Notes under the pieces: model-generated
Seen by the model: only the letters and a program-made list of their open reading frames with translations
Databases searched by the model: none
What the model was told of the DNA's origin: nothing
In this document: positions 15,727 to 24,865 of the stretch, in pieces
Layout of the letters: every line of letters begins with the position of its first letter
Numbering within the stretch: position 1 is the first letter of the stretch
DNA from: Candidatus Saccharibacteria bacterium UBA6039
Lineage (GTDB): Bacteria; Patescibacteriota; Saccharimonadia; Saccharimonadales; Saccharimonadaceae
Direction: 5' to 3'
DNA: 64,000 nt
Assembly: GCA_002427805.1 (NCBI GenBank)
Contig: DIZB01000030.1
Span: 804-64,803 of the forward strand
Made by a program: the position numbers and the translations under genes

Positions 15727-16818
15727 CTAGAAAACTCGCTTTAGGGCAACGCCAACAAGTGTTTCGAACTGCTTTTTGTATATATCATCTATTTCGACAT
15801 CTTTTAAGGTCTGAAGCGTGCGAGACATATACGTATCAACGAGAAGATCAACTGACTGTTTTGCGCCGCTCTCGACAAGGAGCTTACGAAGGTCCTGGGC
15901 ACCTTGCTCGCTTAGGGTATCGCTGCCAAATAGCTGCTCAAACTTCTCGAGCTGTGCACTACTTGCAAGTTTTCTGAATTGTTCAATTAAATAGGTGTGT
16001 TTTCCCTCGCGAAGATCATTTATGGCAGACTTACCGGTGACTGATTCGGTACCAAAAACTCCAAGAAGATCGTCAACCAGTTGATAGCCAATACCAAGAT
16101 TGATACCGAATTCTTCAAGTTTATTGCACATCGTATCAGAACAGTTGGCCATGCGAGCACCCATAAGAAGAGGTGTGACAAAAGAATAGTGAGCTGTTTT
16201 ATAACGGGCAACAGTGAGTGCATCAATGCTACCATACGGTCGAAAGCCGGATTCTGTATCAAGTAGTTCACCACCAGCAACGACGAATACGGCGTTGTTA
16301 AAAATCTTTGCAGCGATACGTACTTTTTCAGCAGGTAGTGTACTTGTAAGGAGCAGGTCGTGTCCGCCAAATAACAAAAGGTCACCAGCAAGAATTGCTG
16401 CACTGTCGCTAAAGTGCTGCCGTTCGGGAACATCTTTAATAAATGGCTCATAGAGTTCATTGTATATGCCAGAAATATTAGCGACGCCGTAGCGAATATA
16501 GTCGCGATCAATAATGTCATCGTGTACAAGCAAGCCAAGGTGGAGTAGTTCGAGTGCGGCAGCGATTGGTACAATTTCGTCGATTTGAGTGCCACCCATT
16601 GTCTGGTAGGTAAGCAGTGTCATGTAGGGACGCAGTCGTTTACCACCAGCTGCTGATAGTTTACTTGATGCTTTCCAAAGATCACCATAGGCTCTATCAA
16701 TGTGAGTTGCATCGTGAATACGGTCCTTAAAAAAGCTCTTTAGGACGACATCAACTCGCTGTCTCGTCTCTTCGAGAGTGACGGGAGAGAGTGTTTTAGG
16801 TTGGGAAACACGATCCAT
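15727..16818 (-). CDS. trans-polyprenyl diphosphate synthase
   Basis: First Asp-rich motif is LLVHDDIIDRD; second is GYQLVDDLLG. The track ORF extends to 16989, but that extension overlaps the divergent gene. ATG 16818 (MDRVSQPK..) lies 9 nt after a minus-strand TATACT. Confidence 0.85.
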   Translation of the reverse strand: MDRVSQPKTLSPVTLEETRQRVDVVLKSFFKDRIHDATHIDRAYGDLWKASSKLSAAGGKRLRPYMTLLTYQTMGGTQIDEIVPIAAALELLHLGLLVHDDIIDRDYIRYGVANISGIYNELYEPFIKDVPERQHFSDSAAILAGDLLLFGGHDLLLTSTLPAEKVRIAAKIFNNAVFVVAGGELLDTESGFRPYGSIDALTVARYKTAHYSFVTPLLMGARMANCSDTMCNKLEEFGINLGIGYQLVDDLLGVFGTESVTGKSAINDLREGKHTYLIEQFRKLASSAQLEKFEQLFGSDTLSEQGAQDLRKLLVESGAKQSVDLLVDTYMSRTLQTLKDVEIDDIYKKQFETLVGVALKRVF

Positions 16819-16886
16819 TGTATCCGTAGTATAACAGAGGAAATGGCCTGCGCGTTTGTAAAATCTACATCCACCACTATTCATAC

Positions 16887-16914
16887 TTGACATACTTTTC
16901 ATACCCAGTATACT
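16887..16914 (+). promoter_or_regulatory. sigma70-type promoter (TTGACA-16-TATACT) for the AbrB-like/MFS operon
   Basis: Read directly. A 24-nt leader containing AAGGAG/AAGGAAG precedes ATG 16939. Confidence 0.55.
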
Positions 16915-16938
16915 AAGGAGTATATAAAAGGAAGTTAC

Positions 16939-17175
16939 ATGCATAATAAAAAGCTCTATGGTACCGCGACAGTCGGTACAAAAGGACAAATCGTTATCCC
17001 GGCAGATGCACGGGAAGAGCTTAGTATTACGGCTGGCGATCGACTCTACGTTGTCGGCACTCAGGGTAAAGGCGTCATAGGACTCATCAAAGAAGAAATG
17101 CTCGAAGAATTTATTGAGCAGATGAACCTACAAGTTGAAAACTTCAAAGCGTTCAAAAACAAGAAAGAGAAATAA
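16939..17175 (+). CDS. AbrB/MazE/SpoVT-type DNA-binding domain protein
   Basis: GTATVGTKGQIVIPADAREELSITAGDRLYVVG matches the swapped-hairpin SpoVT-AbrB signature. The protein is 78 aa. Confidence 0.7.
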   Translation: MHNKKLYGTATVGTKGQIVIPADAREELSITAGDRLYVVGTQGKGVIGLIKEEMLEEFIEQMNLQVENFKAFKNKKEK

Positions 17176-17178
17176 CAT

Positions 17179-18870
17179 ATGAATCACCATCTAGCTCTTC
17201 GTAGCAAAATTATTATTATGTTGTCTGTCATGGCCAGCCTTTTTTTGGTTGCCCTTGACCAAACGATCATTTCAACAGCCCTTGGCAAGATCGTCCAGGA
17301 CTTTAACGCCTTTGACTCTTTGAGCTGGATTGTCACCGCTTACTTACTCACAACGACCATTACGGTACCTATTGCAGGAAAGCTCTCAGACCTATTTGGC
17401 CGCCGCCGCATTCTCTTAATTGGAGTGGCGATCTTCGGTATCGGTTCGATTTTGAGTGGTGCGAGCCCAAGTGTTATTTGGCTGATCGGAGCAAGAGCCC
17501 TGCAGGGTATTGGCGGTGGTATTATTACTGCCAACGCATTCACGATTGTTGGCGATCTCTTCGCAGCTCGTGAAAGGGGACGATGGCAGGGACTTATCGG
17601 TGCAGTATTTGGTATTGCGTCGGTTGTTGGACCACTTCTTGGTGGATTCCTGACTGATGGTAATCATCTCCTTGGGTTAACGACCGACTGGCGTTGGACA
17701 TTCTGGATTAATGCTCCAGTTGCAGTGATCGCTTTTATTGTCATCGCTATTATTTGCCCTCCACTTAAGCACGACAACAAACCGCGTGTCGACTACTTCG
17801 GTGCAGGCCTCGTTGCAGTGTTCCTCGCAACACTCATCTTGGCAGTTGATAATACCGGTCAAATCTTCTCAGGTCTTCTTAGCTCAACGGGGCTAAGTTT
17901 AGTTGGACTCCGTGTTATTATGTACGCCATTTGTGCACTGACACTCGGCGCACTTATAATTGTCGAGCGTCGCGCAAGTGAGCCAATCATTAACCTTCGC
18001 TTCTTTAAAAATCGTAACTACTCGATTCTTACGATTATCGCCTTACTCCACGGCGCAGCCTTCCTTGGTGCCATTTTGTACCTTACACAGTTTAACCAGC
18101 AAGTTTTTGGCGCAACGCCAACGCAGTCAGGCCTGATGCTTCTTCCACTCATGGCAGGCCTCATGACAGCGAGCATTGGTACTGGCCAGATTGTGTCTCG
18201 ACTTGGTAAATACAAAGCAATCATCGTGTCAGGTTTTATTATTATGACCAGTTCGATTACACTGTTCACCCTGCTAACACCGACATCGAGCTACTTATTT
18301 GAAGCAATTGTTATGGTATTTACAGGCCTCGGCGTAGGTATGGCTATGCCGATTATGAACCTTGCGGTACAAAATGAGTTTGAGTTGAAAGATCTTGGTG
18401 CTGCAACGAGTTCCGTACAGTTATTTAGAAGCCTTGGCTCAACTGTCGGTACGGCAGTCTTTGGCAGCCTACTCACAATTGGTATTGCCTCTAGCCTTGG
18501 CGACATGAAAAACGACCCGTATATTCAAACGCTACGTCAGTCGCCACAGTCGAGCCAGATCATTTCGAGTACAACTGATGCAAACGATCTTTTGAACGTT
18601 AACTCTCCAGCGGTGAAGTCGCACATTACTAGTGGCTTTGAAAAGAGCATTATCACATTGCCTGCGCCTGTCCAAAAAGCAGCAACGGATACCTTCACAA
18701 CTCATCAAAACAACTATAGTAAAAAGATTGTGGATGCATTTAGTAGTAGTCTCAAGACGATCTTTACGGTTGCTGCTAGTATCGTTGCCGTTGGTGCAAT
18801 CTTGACTTGGTTTATTAAAGAAAAACCACTTGCCTCAGCTCGTATTAGTGATACTCCTAGCGAAATCTAA
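17179..18870 (+). CDS. MFS transporter, DHA2 (14-TM drug:H+ antiporter) type
   Basis: LDQTIISTALGKI, GKLSDLFGRRRILLIG (motif A) and ARALQGIGGGII. About 14 hydrophobic segments, with a soluble C-terminal extension. Confidence 0.85.
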   Translation: MNHHLALRSKIIIMLSVMASLFLVALDQTIISTALGKIVQDFNAFDSLSWIVTAYLLTTTITVPIAGKLSDLFGRRRILLIGVAIFGIGSILSGASPSVIWLIGARALQGIGGGIITANAFTIVGDLFAARERGRWQGLIGAVFGIASVVGPLLGGFLTDGNHLLGLTTDWRWTFWINAPVAVIAFIVIAIICPPLKHDNKPRVDYFGAGLVAVFLATLILAVDNTGQIFSGLLSSTGLSLVGLRVIMYAICALTLGALIIVERRASEPIINLRFFKNRNYSILTIIALLHGAAFLGAILYLTQFNQQVFGATPTQSGLMLLPLMAGLMTASIGTGQIVSRLGKYKAIIVSGFIIMTSSITLFTLLTPTSSYLFEAIVMVFTGLGVGMAMPIMNLAVQNEFELKDLGAATSSVQLFRSLGSTVGTAVFGSLLTIGIASSLGDMKNDPYIQTLRQSPQSSQIISSTTDANDLLNVNSPAVKSHITSGFEKSIITLPAPVQKAATDTFTTHQNNYSKKIVDAFSSSLKTIFTVAASIVAVGAILTWFIKEKPLASARISDTPSEI

Positions 18871-18939
18871 TAACCTCTTGCATGGCCCAATCATAAGGGC
18901 TATGATGGAAGCAATAGCGGTATCGCAACACGCGCATTC

Positions 18940-18968
18940 TTGACTAGTGTCCCTCAATTTGGTAGTAT
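18940..18968 (+). promoter_or_regulatory. sigma70-type promoter (TTGACT-17-TAGTAT) in the 375-nt gap after the MFS gene
   Basis: Read directly. It points toward the 30-codon ORF at 19052 and the terminator at 19201. Confidence 0.45.
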
Positions 18969-19051
18969 AAATGATGTGTCTCGCGCCAAAACATTTAATT
19001 TAAAGGTCGAAGCGCGTGAGGCTGTACGTTAGTACAAGGAGTAAAAATCAC

Positions 19052-19144
19052 ATGCCAATAGCAATCGAATTTGTGCCTTCAAGGCGCAAAAAGATCGCCG
19101 TGGATGTGGTGCCTGCCGAATGGCAACTGTATATTGCACAGTAG
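19052..19144 (+). CDS. candidate 30-aa small protein (MPIAIEFVPSRRKKIAVDVVPAEWQLYIAQ)
   Basis: AAGGAG lies 9 nt upstream of the ATG. The ORF has its own promoter upstream and a hairpin plus strong terminator downstream. It has no known family, so coding status is unproven. Confidence 0.3.
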   Translation: MPIAIEFVPSRRKKIAVDVVPAEWQLYIAQ

Positions 19145-19200
19145 AATCGTTTGATTCAAATCCGATGTCTTGTCTTCTGACAAGATGTTACAAACAAAAG

Positions 19201-19235
19201 AAAACACCCCAAGGCACCGGGGTGTTTTTGCTTTC
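19201..19235. terminator. bidirectional rho-independent terminator
   Basis: aaaacacccc-aaggcacc-ggggtgtttt forms a 10-bp stem, with T-runs on both strands. It serves the small transcript on the + strand and the DsbA-like gene on the - strand. Confidence 0.8.
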
Positions 19236-19245
19236 TATAGATCTT

Positions 19246-19962
19246 TTATTCGGCCGTTGGGGTAAAGACCGGAGGTGTAATACCAGCTTTTGCCAGCTCA
19301 GCATTAATCGCATCAGCGAACTTTGCTTCGTCACTCCATACGCTACTGTCTAGTTTCACACCATCAAGGTAGAACGTAGGGGTTGAGTCAACGTTAATCT
19401 TTTTAGCAATTGCTTGGTCATACGATATCTTTTGGTTCACTGCTGTATCATCGAGGCTCGCCAGGAACTTGGTTTTATCAACACCAATAGTCGTTGCGTA
19501 ACCGGCAAAAGCATTTGTTCGATCATCGCCGGTGAGGTTCTCCCATGCGGCTTGGTTTTCGTAGAGAATGTTGTGCATCTCCCAGTACTTTCCATTGAGT
19601 CCGGCAGCCTCAGCAGCACCTGCTGCAGCACGGGCATTAGGGTGGATTGTCGTAAGAGGGAAGTTACGGAAGACAAACGAAATTTGGCCTTTGTAGGCTT
19701 CAGATAACGTCTTTACGCGTGGGTATGCACCACCACAGCCAGGACACTGGAAGTCACCATATTCAATAAGTGTTACTTTACTCGCAGCCAGGCCAAATAC
19801 ATGGTCGGCAATGTTACCGTTTGTCTTAGACGCTACTTGAATCGCATTCTCATCAACTTTGCTGACATCGACTTGTGGGTTGGCATTACGCGATGATATA
19901 ACAAGCGCGGTTAAAAGCCCTACAACAACAACAGCAAAAATAATCCAGGTTCGTTTACTCAC
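19246..19962 (-). CDS. membrane-anchored DsbA/thioredoxin-fold thiol:disulfide oxidoreductase
   Basis: N-terminal TM anchor, active site YGDFQCPGCGG (CxxC), and TPTFYLDG (cis-Pro loop region). Confidence 0.85.
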   Translation of the reverse strand: MSKRTWIIFAVVVVGLLTALVISSRNANPQVDVSKVDENAIQVASKTNGNIADHVFGLAASKVTLIEYGDFQCPGCGGAYPRVKTLSEAYKGQISFVFRNFPLTTIHPNARAAAGAAEAAGLNGKYWEMHNILYENQAAWENLTGDDRTNAFAGYATTIGVDKTKFLASLDDTAVNQKISYDQAIAKKINVDSTPTFYLDGVKLDSSVWSDEAKFADAINAELAKAGITPPVFTPTAE

Positions 19963-20022
19963 ACTACACTCCTTTTTTTACTGTATCTAGTATATCAAAG
20001 TGGGTGATATAGTAGGGATATA

Positions 20023-20973
20023 ATGTTTACGTTTCTCGTCATACTCAGTATTCTCGTCTTTCTGAAACTTGTTATAGTGGCTGCGATGAGACCGTATATG
20101 GCTCCTTTACAAGATCGATCGGGCGTTCGGTCGCTCGTCCAGATTTCGCAGGCGCTCCTCCTGAGCATTTTCACGATTCTTGTGGTCGTCACTTTCGGAT
20201 GGCTCCTTGGAATAATAATTGTCATAGTAATAGTGCTCCTGCACGGGTCTCTTGGCCGCATTTCATTTGTCGCCCGGATTGCTCACAAGCTTTATGGTGT
20301 GTATGAGCCTCATCTTATAACGTTTGCTCATCGTCATCCAAAGGTACTGGGAGTGATTGGGATGTATACAATCGAAGACGAACGTGCGCCGCTACGGTTT
20401 GAATCGCGCGATGAACTCCATGAGTTGGTGTCCTCGTCAGTCGGTGTATTGAGTGCAAACGAGAAAAAACTTCTTACACATAGTTTATCGTTTTCAGAGC
20501 AGTTGGTGAGTAGTGTCATGACGCCAAGTAGCGCAATTACCTCGATTAAAAAGTCAGAGTTTTTGGGCCCACTGACACTTGATGAACTTCATAAGACTGG
20601 CCACAGTAGGCTTCCTGTGATTGATCAAGATATTGACCACATTGTGGGAGTATTATACCTTCAAAATTTATTAGCACTCGACATTAAACACTCTATGACA
20701 GCTGAAAAAGCTATGGAACCACGCGTCTTTTACATACGTGAAGATCAAACATTGCAGCATGCGTTGGCCGCATTTTTACGAACTCACCATCACCTTCTTA
20801 TCGTTATAAACGAATATCGAGAAACAGTGGGGCTTCTTACGCTTGAAGACGTCATTGAGGCGCTACTCGGTCGAAAGATTATTGATGAATTCGACTCCCA
20901 TGAAGATAAACGCACAGTGGCTCTTCGTAATCCGCATGATAATAACGAACCAAAGAACCACGAAGACGTCTAG
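20023..20973 (+). CDS. membrane protein with a CBS-domain pair (CNNM/CorC-like, lacking the CorC_HlyC tail)
   Basis: Hydrophobic N-terminal third. Then ..VMTPSSAITSIKKSEF..HSRLPVID..IVGVLYLQNLL and ..EPRVFYIREDQTLQHAL..HHLLIVINEYRETVGLLTLEDVIEALLG, i.e. two CBS motifs. Confidence 0.7.
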   Translation: MFTFLVILSILVFLKLVIVAAMRPYMAPLQDRSGVRSLVQISQALLLSIFTILVVVTFGWLLGIIIVIVIVLLHGSLGRISFVARIAHKLYGVYEPHLITFAHRHPKVLGVIGMYTIEDERAPLRFESRDELHELVSSSVGVLSANEKKLLTHSLSFSEQLVSSVMTPSSAITSIKKSEFLGPLTLDELHKTGHSRLPVIDQDIDHIVGVLYLQNLLALDIKHSMTAEKAMEPRVFYIREDQTLQHALAAFLRTHHHLLIVINEYRETVGLLTLEDVIEALLGRKIIDEFDSHEDKRTVALRNPHDNNEPKNHEDV

Positions 20974-21010
20974 CTTTATAGAGGTCACAGTGCTACACTA
21001 AACAGTAATT

Positions 21011-22324
21011 ATGACACGAACATTAGTACGAGATATTCCTTCAAAAATTGGTGAGACCATTACTATTCGAGGATGGTTACACAAAAAACGGCTACTGGGC
21101 GGTCTGAACTTCATCACGCTTCGTGATCGTAGTGGGCTTGCGCAGACACTGATTATTGGTGATGAGCTCGAAAAGCTACGTGGCTTACAAATTGGCTCTG
21201 TGCTCTCGCTCACGGGTACGGTTGTGAGTGACGAACGTGCACCAGGCGGTTCAGAGCTGCACGAGGTATCTGTACTTGTTGAAGTACCAGTCACTGAAGA
21301 ACCACCGATTGAAATCGATAAGCCAATTTCACATAAGTCTGAGCATCTCGACACACTGTTTGAAAACAGAGTTCTTAATATTCGTAACCTAAATGAACAA
21401 AAAATATTTAAGATCCGCGCAGATCTCACGCGCTATATTCGTGAGTTTTTAAATACGAAAGAATTTATTGAAATCGATACACCAAAGCTGCTTGCCGAAG
21501 CAACCGAGGGTGGCGCAGAAGTCTTTAAGCTCGATTATTTTGGTAAAACAGCCACACTTGCGCAAAGCCCACAGTTTTATAAGCAAATTATGGTTGGCGC
21601 CTTTGAGCGCGTCTATGAAATTGGACACAGCTACAGGGCAGAGCCAAGTGCAACGACACGTCACCTAACAGAACTTACTATGCTTGATATTGAGATGGGC
21701 TTTGTTGATAGTCACGACGAAGTACTCGATATGGTCGGTGATATGACACAGTCGACTTTGCGCCGCGTCTATGATGAACATGCTGATGACCTTAAAAGCC
21801 TCAATGCACCGGAGTTGCAGCTCGCTGAAGATGGAGTGGTGCCGCGGTTTACAATTGCGGACATTCACCGTATGTATACTGAAGCAACAAAGACAGACAC
21901 AACGAACGAAAAGGATCTTATTCCAGATGAGGAGCGTTGGATTTCTGACTATGCGCGTAAGAACTTAGGTACTGATCTGGTATACGCAATTCGCTTCCCT
22001 GAAGTTGCTGGTAAGTTTTATCATAAGTTTGACCGAGAAGATGGTACAGTCCTCTGGGGTGACCTCCTTTTTAGGGGTCTTGAGATCGCAACAGTTCCAC
22101 TTCGTGAGAACAACTATGAAAAAATGATTGAGCAGATGGAACACGCTGGCCTTGATATTACACACGAAGGCTTCAAATATTATCTTCAGGCATTTAAGTT
22201 CGGCCTACCACAACATGGTGGTTGTGGGTTTGGCATTGATCGTTTGGTACAAAAGACGATTGGTCTTTCGAACGTCAAAGAAGCAACACTCTTCCCACGT
22301 GATATTAATCGTTTAACGCCGTAA
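21011..22324 (+). CDS. aspS: aspartate--tRNA ligase, archaeal/eukaryotic (type 2) form
   Basis: 437 aa. N-terminal OB fold (ITIRGWLHKKRLLGGLNFITLRDRSG). Class II motifs FERVYEIGHSYRAEPSATTRHLTELTMLDIEM and GGCGFGIDRLV. Ends in ATLFPRDINRLTP, typical of short-form AspRS rather than AsnRS. Confidence 0.85.
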   Translation: MTRTLVRDIPSKIGETITIRGWLHKKRLLGGLNFITLRDRSGLAQTLIIGDELEKLRGLQIGSVLSLTGTVVSDERAPGGSELHEVSVLVEVPVTEEPPIEIDKPISHKSEHLDTLFENRVLNIRNLNEQKIFKIRADLTRYIREFLNTKEFIEIDTPKLLAEATEGGAEVFKLDYFGKTATLAQSPQFYKQIMVGAFERVYEIGHSYRAEPSATTRHLTELTMLDIEMGFVDSHDEVLDMVGDMTQSTLRRVYDEHADDLKSLNAPELQLAEDGVVPRFTIADIHRMYTEATKTDTTNEKDLIPDEERWISDYARKNLGTDLVYAIRFPEVAGKFYHKFDREDGTVLWGDLLFRGLEIATVPLRENNYEKMIEQMEHAGLDITHEGFKYYLQAFKFGLPQHGGCGFGIDRLVQKTIGLSNVKEATLFPRDINRLTP

Positions 22325-22543
22325 TTAGTATGTCGGCTGAAAACATATCACCTGATCGTATTCAGGAAGAACTAAAAGCACACGAGGTAGATTTTAGACG
22401 TCGAAAATGGCGACGGCTTGGCTATATCATTGGCTACATAGTGAGCGAGCGTATCTAATCGATAGCAATCAGCACGTTCCATTTAAAAAGCTCAACCAAG
22501 ACCGCAACCCTAGCGAATAACCACAAGTGGTATACTAAAACCT

Positions 22544-23038
22544 ATGCAAGATGAATTGACGGCAATAGTCCTCGAGCCGGCCGCTCCCGTATCGGCCGTT
22601 CCGTATGTCAGCAAAAAAGTACATAAACAACGTCACTTTTTGGCGGTCTTTTTCTTTAGTTTTATGTGGGGAGCTTTTGGTGTTGATCGATTTTATCTAG
22701 GGAAAACTGGTACAGGCATTTTAAAGCTTGTTACATTTGGTGGACTTGGCATATGGGCAATTACTGATCTCGCAATTATTATGTCTGGTGCGATGCGAGA
22801 CAAACAAGGCAACGAAATGCTAGAAGCAGCTACATACAAGAAGTTCGCTTCACGCACCGTGTTGTGGTTTGCAATTATTCTTGGAGTAACCATACTTGTA
22901 AGCGGCATATCGGCAATCATGACAATATCTGATCTTGTGACGAACTTTCAAAGTGGTGGCATTCAAAACTTACTACCAAAAGGAGTCAGTATTCCTGGTC
23001 TTGACCAAATAACCTCCGGTCAGATTCAAACGCAGTAG
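22544..23038 (+). CDS. TM2 domain-containing membrane protein
   Basis: FFFSFMWGAFGVDRFYLGKTGTGILKLVTFGGLGIWAITDLAIIMSG is the TM2 signature. TGG-TATACT (22528-22536) lies 7 nt before the ATG. Confidence 0.8.
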   Translation: MQDELTAIVLEPAAPVSAVPYVSKKVHKQRHFLAVFFFSFMWGAFGVDRFYLGKTGTGILKLVTFGGLGIWAITDLAIIMSGAMRDKQGNEMLEAATYKKFASRTVLWFAIILGVTILVSGISAIMTISDLVTNFQSGGIQNLLPKGVSIPGLDQITSGQIQTQ

Positions 23039-23050
23039 AAAATTCGCCTG

Positions 23051-23674
23051 TCACACAATTGGCTTATTATCGAGGGATTGCCAGACATACCAACTTGCAA
23101 CTGATTCATACGGGTGCCAGTTATTTTTGTGAGCTATAGCAGTGATCTCATCCGGGGTTGGTGAGTGGTCAAGATCGTATAGCTTTCGTATGCCATTCTT
23201 AATGCCAAGGTCACCAATAGGAAGTACGTCGAGGCGGCCCATGCAAAACATTAAGAACATGTGGACCGTCCATACCCCGACGCCTTTTATTTGGGTTAAC
23301 TCTTTTATAACTTCATCGCTTGTAAGTGCGTCGAGATGATCAAATGTAACTGTTCCATCGAGTACTTTGAGTGCGAGGTCTTGGATGTAACCGCCTTTCT
23401 GCCGCGAGAGTCCAACAGCGCGGAGTTGCTCAATATCAACTTGTAAGATCTGATCAGGTGCTGGAAAGTCATCACCAGGAAACAAATCAACAAATCGCTT
23501 CAAGATTGTACTGGCTGCCTTGACACTGAGTTGTTGAGAGACGATACTCTCAACGAGTTTCTGATAGTACTTTTTGTGTGGTGTAAAAGTTGGTAAAGCA
23601 CCACCTGCAATAACTCTGGCAAGAATTGGATCTTGGCCATTAAGGTGTGAGATGGCCGCCTGAATGCCGCTCAT
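23051..23674 (-). CDS. HhH-GPD DNA glycosylase (AlkA / 3-methyladenine glycosylase II-like)
   Basis: The helix-hairpin-helix is LTQIKGVGVWTVHMFLMF, followed by LDVLPIGDLGI with the catalytic Asp position. Confidence 0.75.
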   Translation of the reverse strand: MSGIQAAISHLNGQDPILARVIAGGALPTFTPHKKYYQKLVESIVSQQLSVKAASTILKRFVDLFPGDDFPAPDQILQVDIEQLRAVGLSRQKGGYIQDLALKVLDGTVTFDHLDALTSDEVIKELTQIKGVGVWTVHMFLMFCMGRLDVLPIGDLGIKNGIRKLYDLDHSPTPDEITAIAHKNNWHPYESVASWYVWQSLDNKPIV

Positions 23675-24307
23675 TTAAATTTCGATTGACCCGTCGAGTC
23701 GTTGGTAGGTAATTGCATAGGGGCTCGCTAGTAATGGAACTAAACGATCAACGATACCATTGCCAGCAGACGAATAAATTGCATCATGAGTAGGGAAGAC
23801 AAGACGTGGCTTTGTAGCAATCATAAAGTCAATTGCTTCGCTGAATTTTAGCCATGGAGCGCTTACGGGCAGCGCAAGTACATCAACCGTTTCTGGAGCA
23901 GGTGCGAAGGAATCCCCCGGATAGTAAAGGCGATGATTGATCATGACACCAAAATTATTAATGAGAGGAATCGTAGGGTAAATAACAGCATGCGTGCCAC
24001 CAGTGAATTGAAGCTCAAACGGTCCAACTGTAAAGCTTTCATTTGGCTCGGCAATATGACCCTCGTGGTCGGGCATGTGGGTGATGACCTCGCTCGTCGA
24101 TATAAGAATGGACGTAGGGTTGAGGTCGTATATGGCTGCAAGCACATCTGGATCGAAATGGTCGGCATGTTCGTGTGTAACAACAATAGCAACGACGTGC
24201 TCAGGCACAATGAAATCTGGGCTTATGCCACCAGGATCGACGACGAGCACCTTCCCATCTTTTTCGAGCGTAAAACACGCATGTCCGTATTTCGTCAGCT
24301 TCATCAT
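23675..24307 (-). CDS. MBL-fold metallo-hydrolase
   Basis: VVTHEHADHFD contains the HxHxDH motif. 210 aa. The stop abuts the start of the downstream glycosylase gene. Confidence 0.8.
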   Translation of the reverse strand: MMKLTKYGHACFTLEKDGKVLVVDPGGISPDFIVPEHVVAIVVTHEHADHFDPDVLAAIYDLNPTSILISTSEVITHMPDHEGHIAEPNESFTVGPFELQFTGGTHAVIYPTIPLINNFGVMINHRLYYPGDSFAPAPETVDVLALPVSAPWLKFSEAIDFMIATKPRLVFPTHDAIYSSAGNGIVDRLVPLLASPYAITYQRLDGSIEI

Positions 24308-24831
24308 TAATCCTTAAACCATTTTGTGTATGCAGATCGCGCTTTGACAATCTTTGGCGTAATCACGATGGAGCAGTAACCATTACCTGGGTTTTTATTG
24401 AAGTAATCTTGGTGGTAGTCTTCGGCATTATAAAACACATTAAGGGGTTTCAGCTCAGTTACGATTGGGTTATCCCAATGGCTTTTGGCGCGCTCGAGCG
24501 CTGCTTCAAAGGCTGCTTTCTGTGTGTCGTCACTGTAGTACATAGCAGAACGGTACTGCGTGCCAACATCGTTACCCTGACGGTTGAGTGTTGTTGGATC
24601 GTGAATCAAGAAGAAAAGATCAAGAATTGTATCAGCTGGGATAATCGATTCATCAAAGGTAATTTGAACGGCTTCCGTGTGACCAGTCTCGCCTGACGAA
24701 ACTTGCTCATACGTTGGATTGGTTGTGCCGCCACCAGCGTAGCCACTCACAACCGACTCGACACCTTTTAATCGTCGATACACAGCATCTAAGCACCAAA
24801 AACATCCTCCAGCAATAACGTATGTTGTCAT
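24307..24831 (-). CDS. msrA: peptide-methionine (S)-S-oxide reductase
   Basis: AGGCFWCLDAVY is the GCFWC active site. GYAGG..NPTYEQV..GHTEAVQITFD and DYHQDYF are also present. Confidence 0.95.
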   Translation of the reverse strand: MTTYVIAGGCFWCLDAVYRRLKGVESVVSGYAGGGTTNPTYEQVSSGETGHTEAVQITFDESIIPADTILDLFFLIHDPTTLNRQGNDVGTQYRSAMYYSDDTQKAAFEAALERAKSHWDNPIVTELKPLNVFYNAEDYHQDYFNKNPGNGYCSIVITPKIVKARSAYTKWFKD

Positions 24832-24865
24832 GCCTCTATTATACGCCTTACGCTATAATGATTAT

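Noticed and set aside
16020-16989. The 191-aa minus ORF 16020-16595 and the 57-codon N-terminal extension of the polyprenyl synthase ORF (to 16989)
   Set aside because: The 191-aa ORF is an out-of-frame overlap of a gene with both DDxxD motifs. The extension (MSFCTDCRGT..) overlaps the divergent AbrB-like gene and its promoter, whereas ATG 16818 follows a minus-strand TATACT.
22330-22458. 42-codon ORF starting 5 nt after the aspS stop (MSAENISPDRIQEELKAHEVDF..)
   Set aside because: No SD, promoter or recognisable motif. It may be real but cannot be supported from sequence alone.
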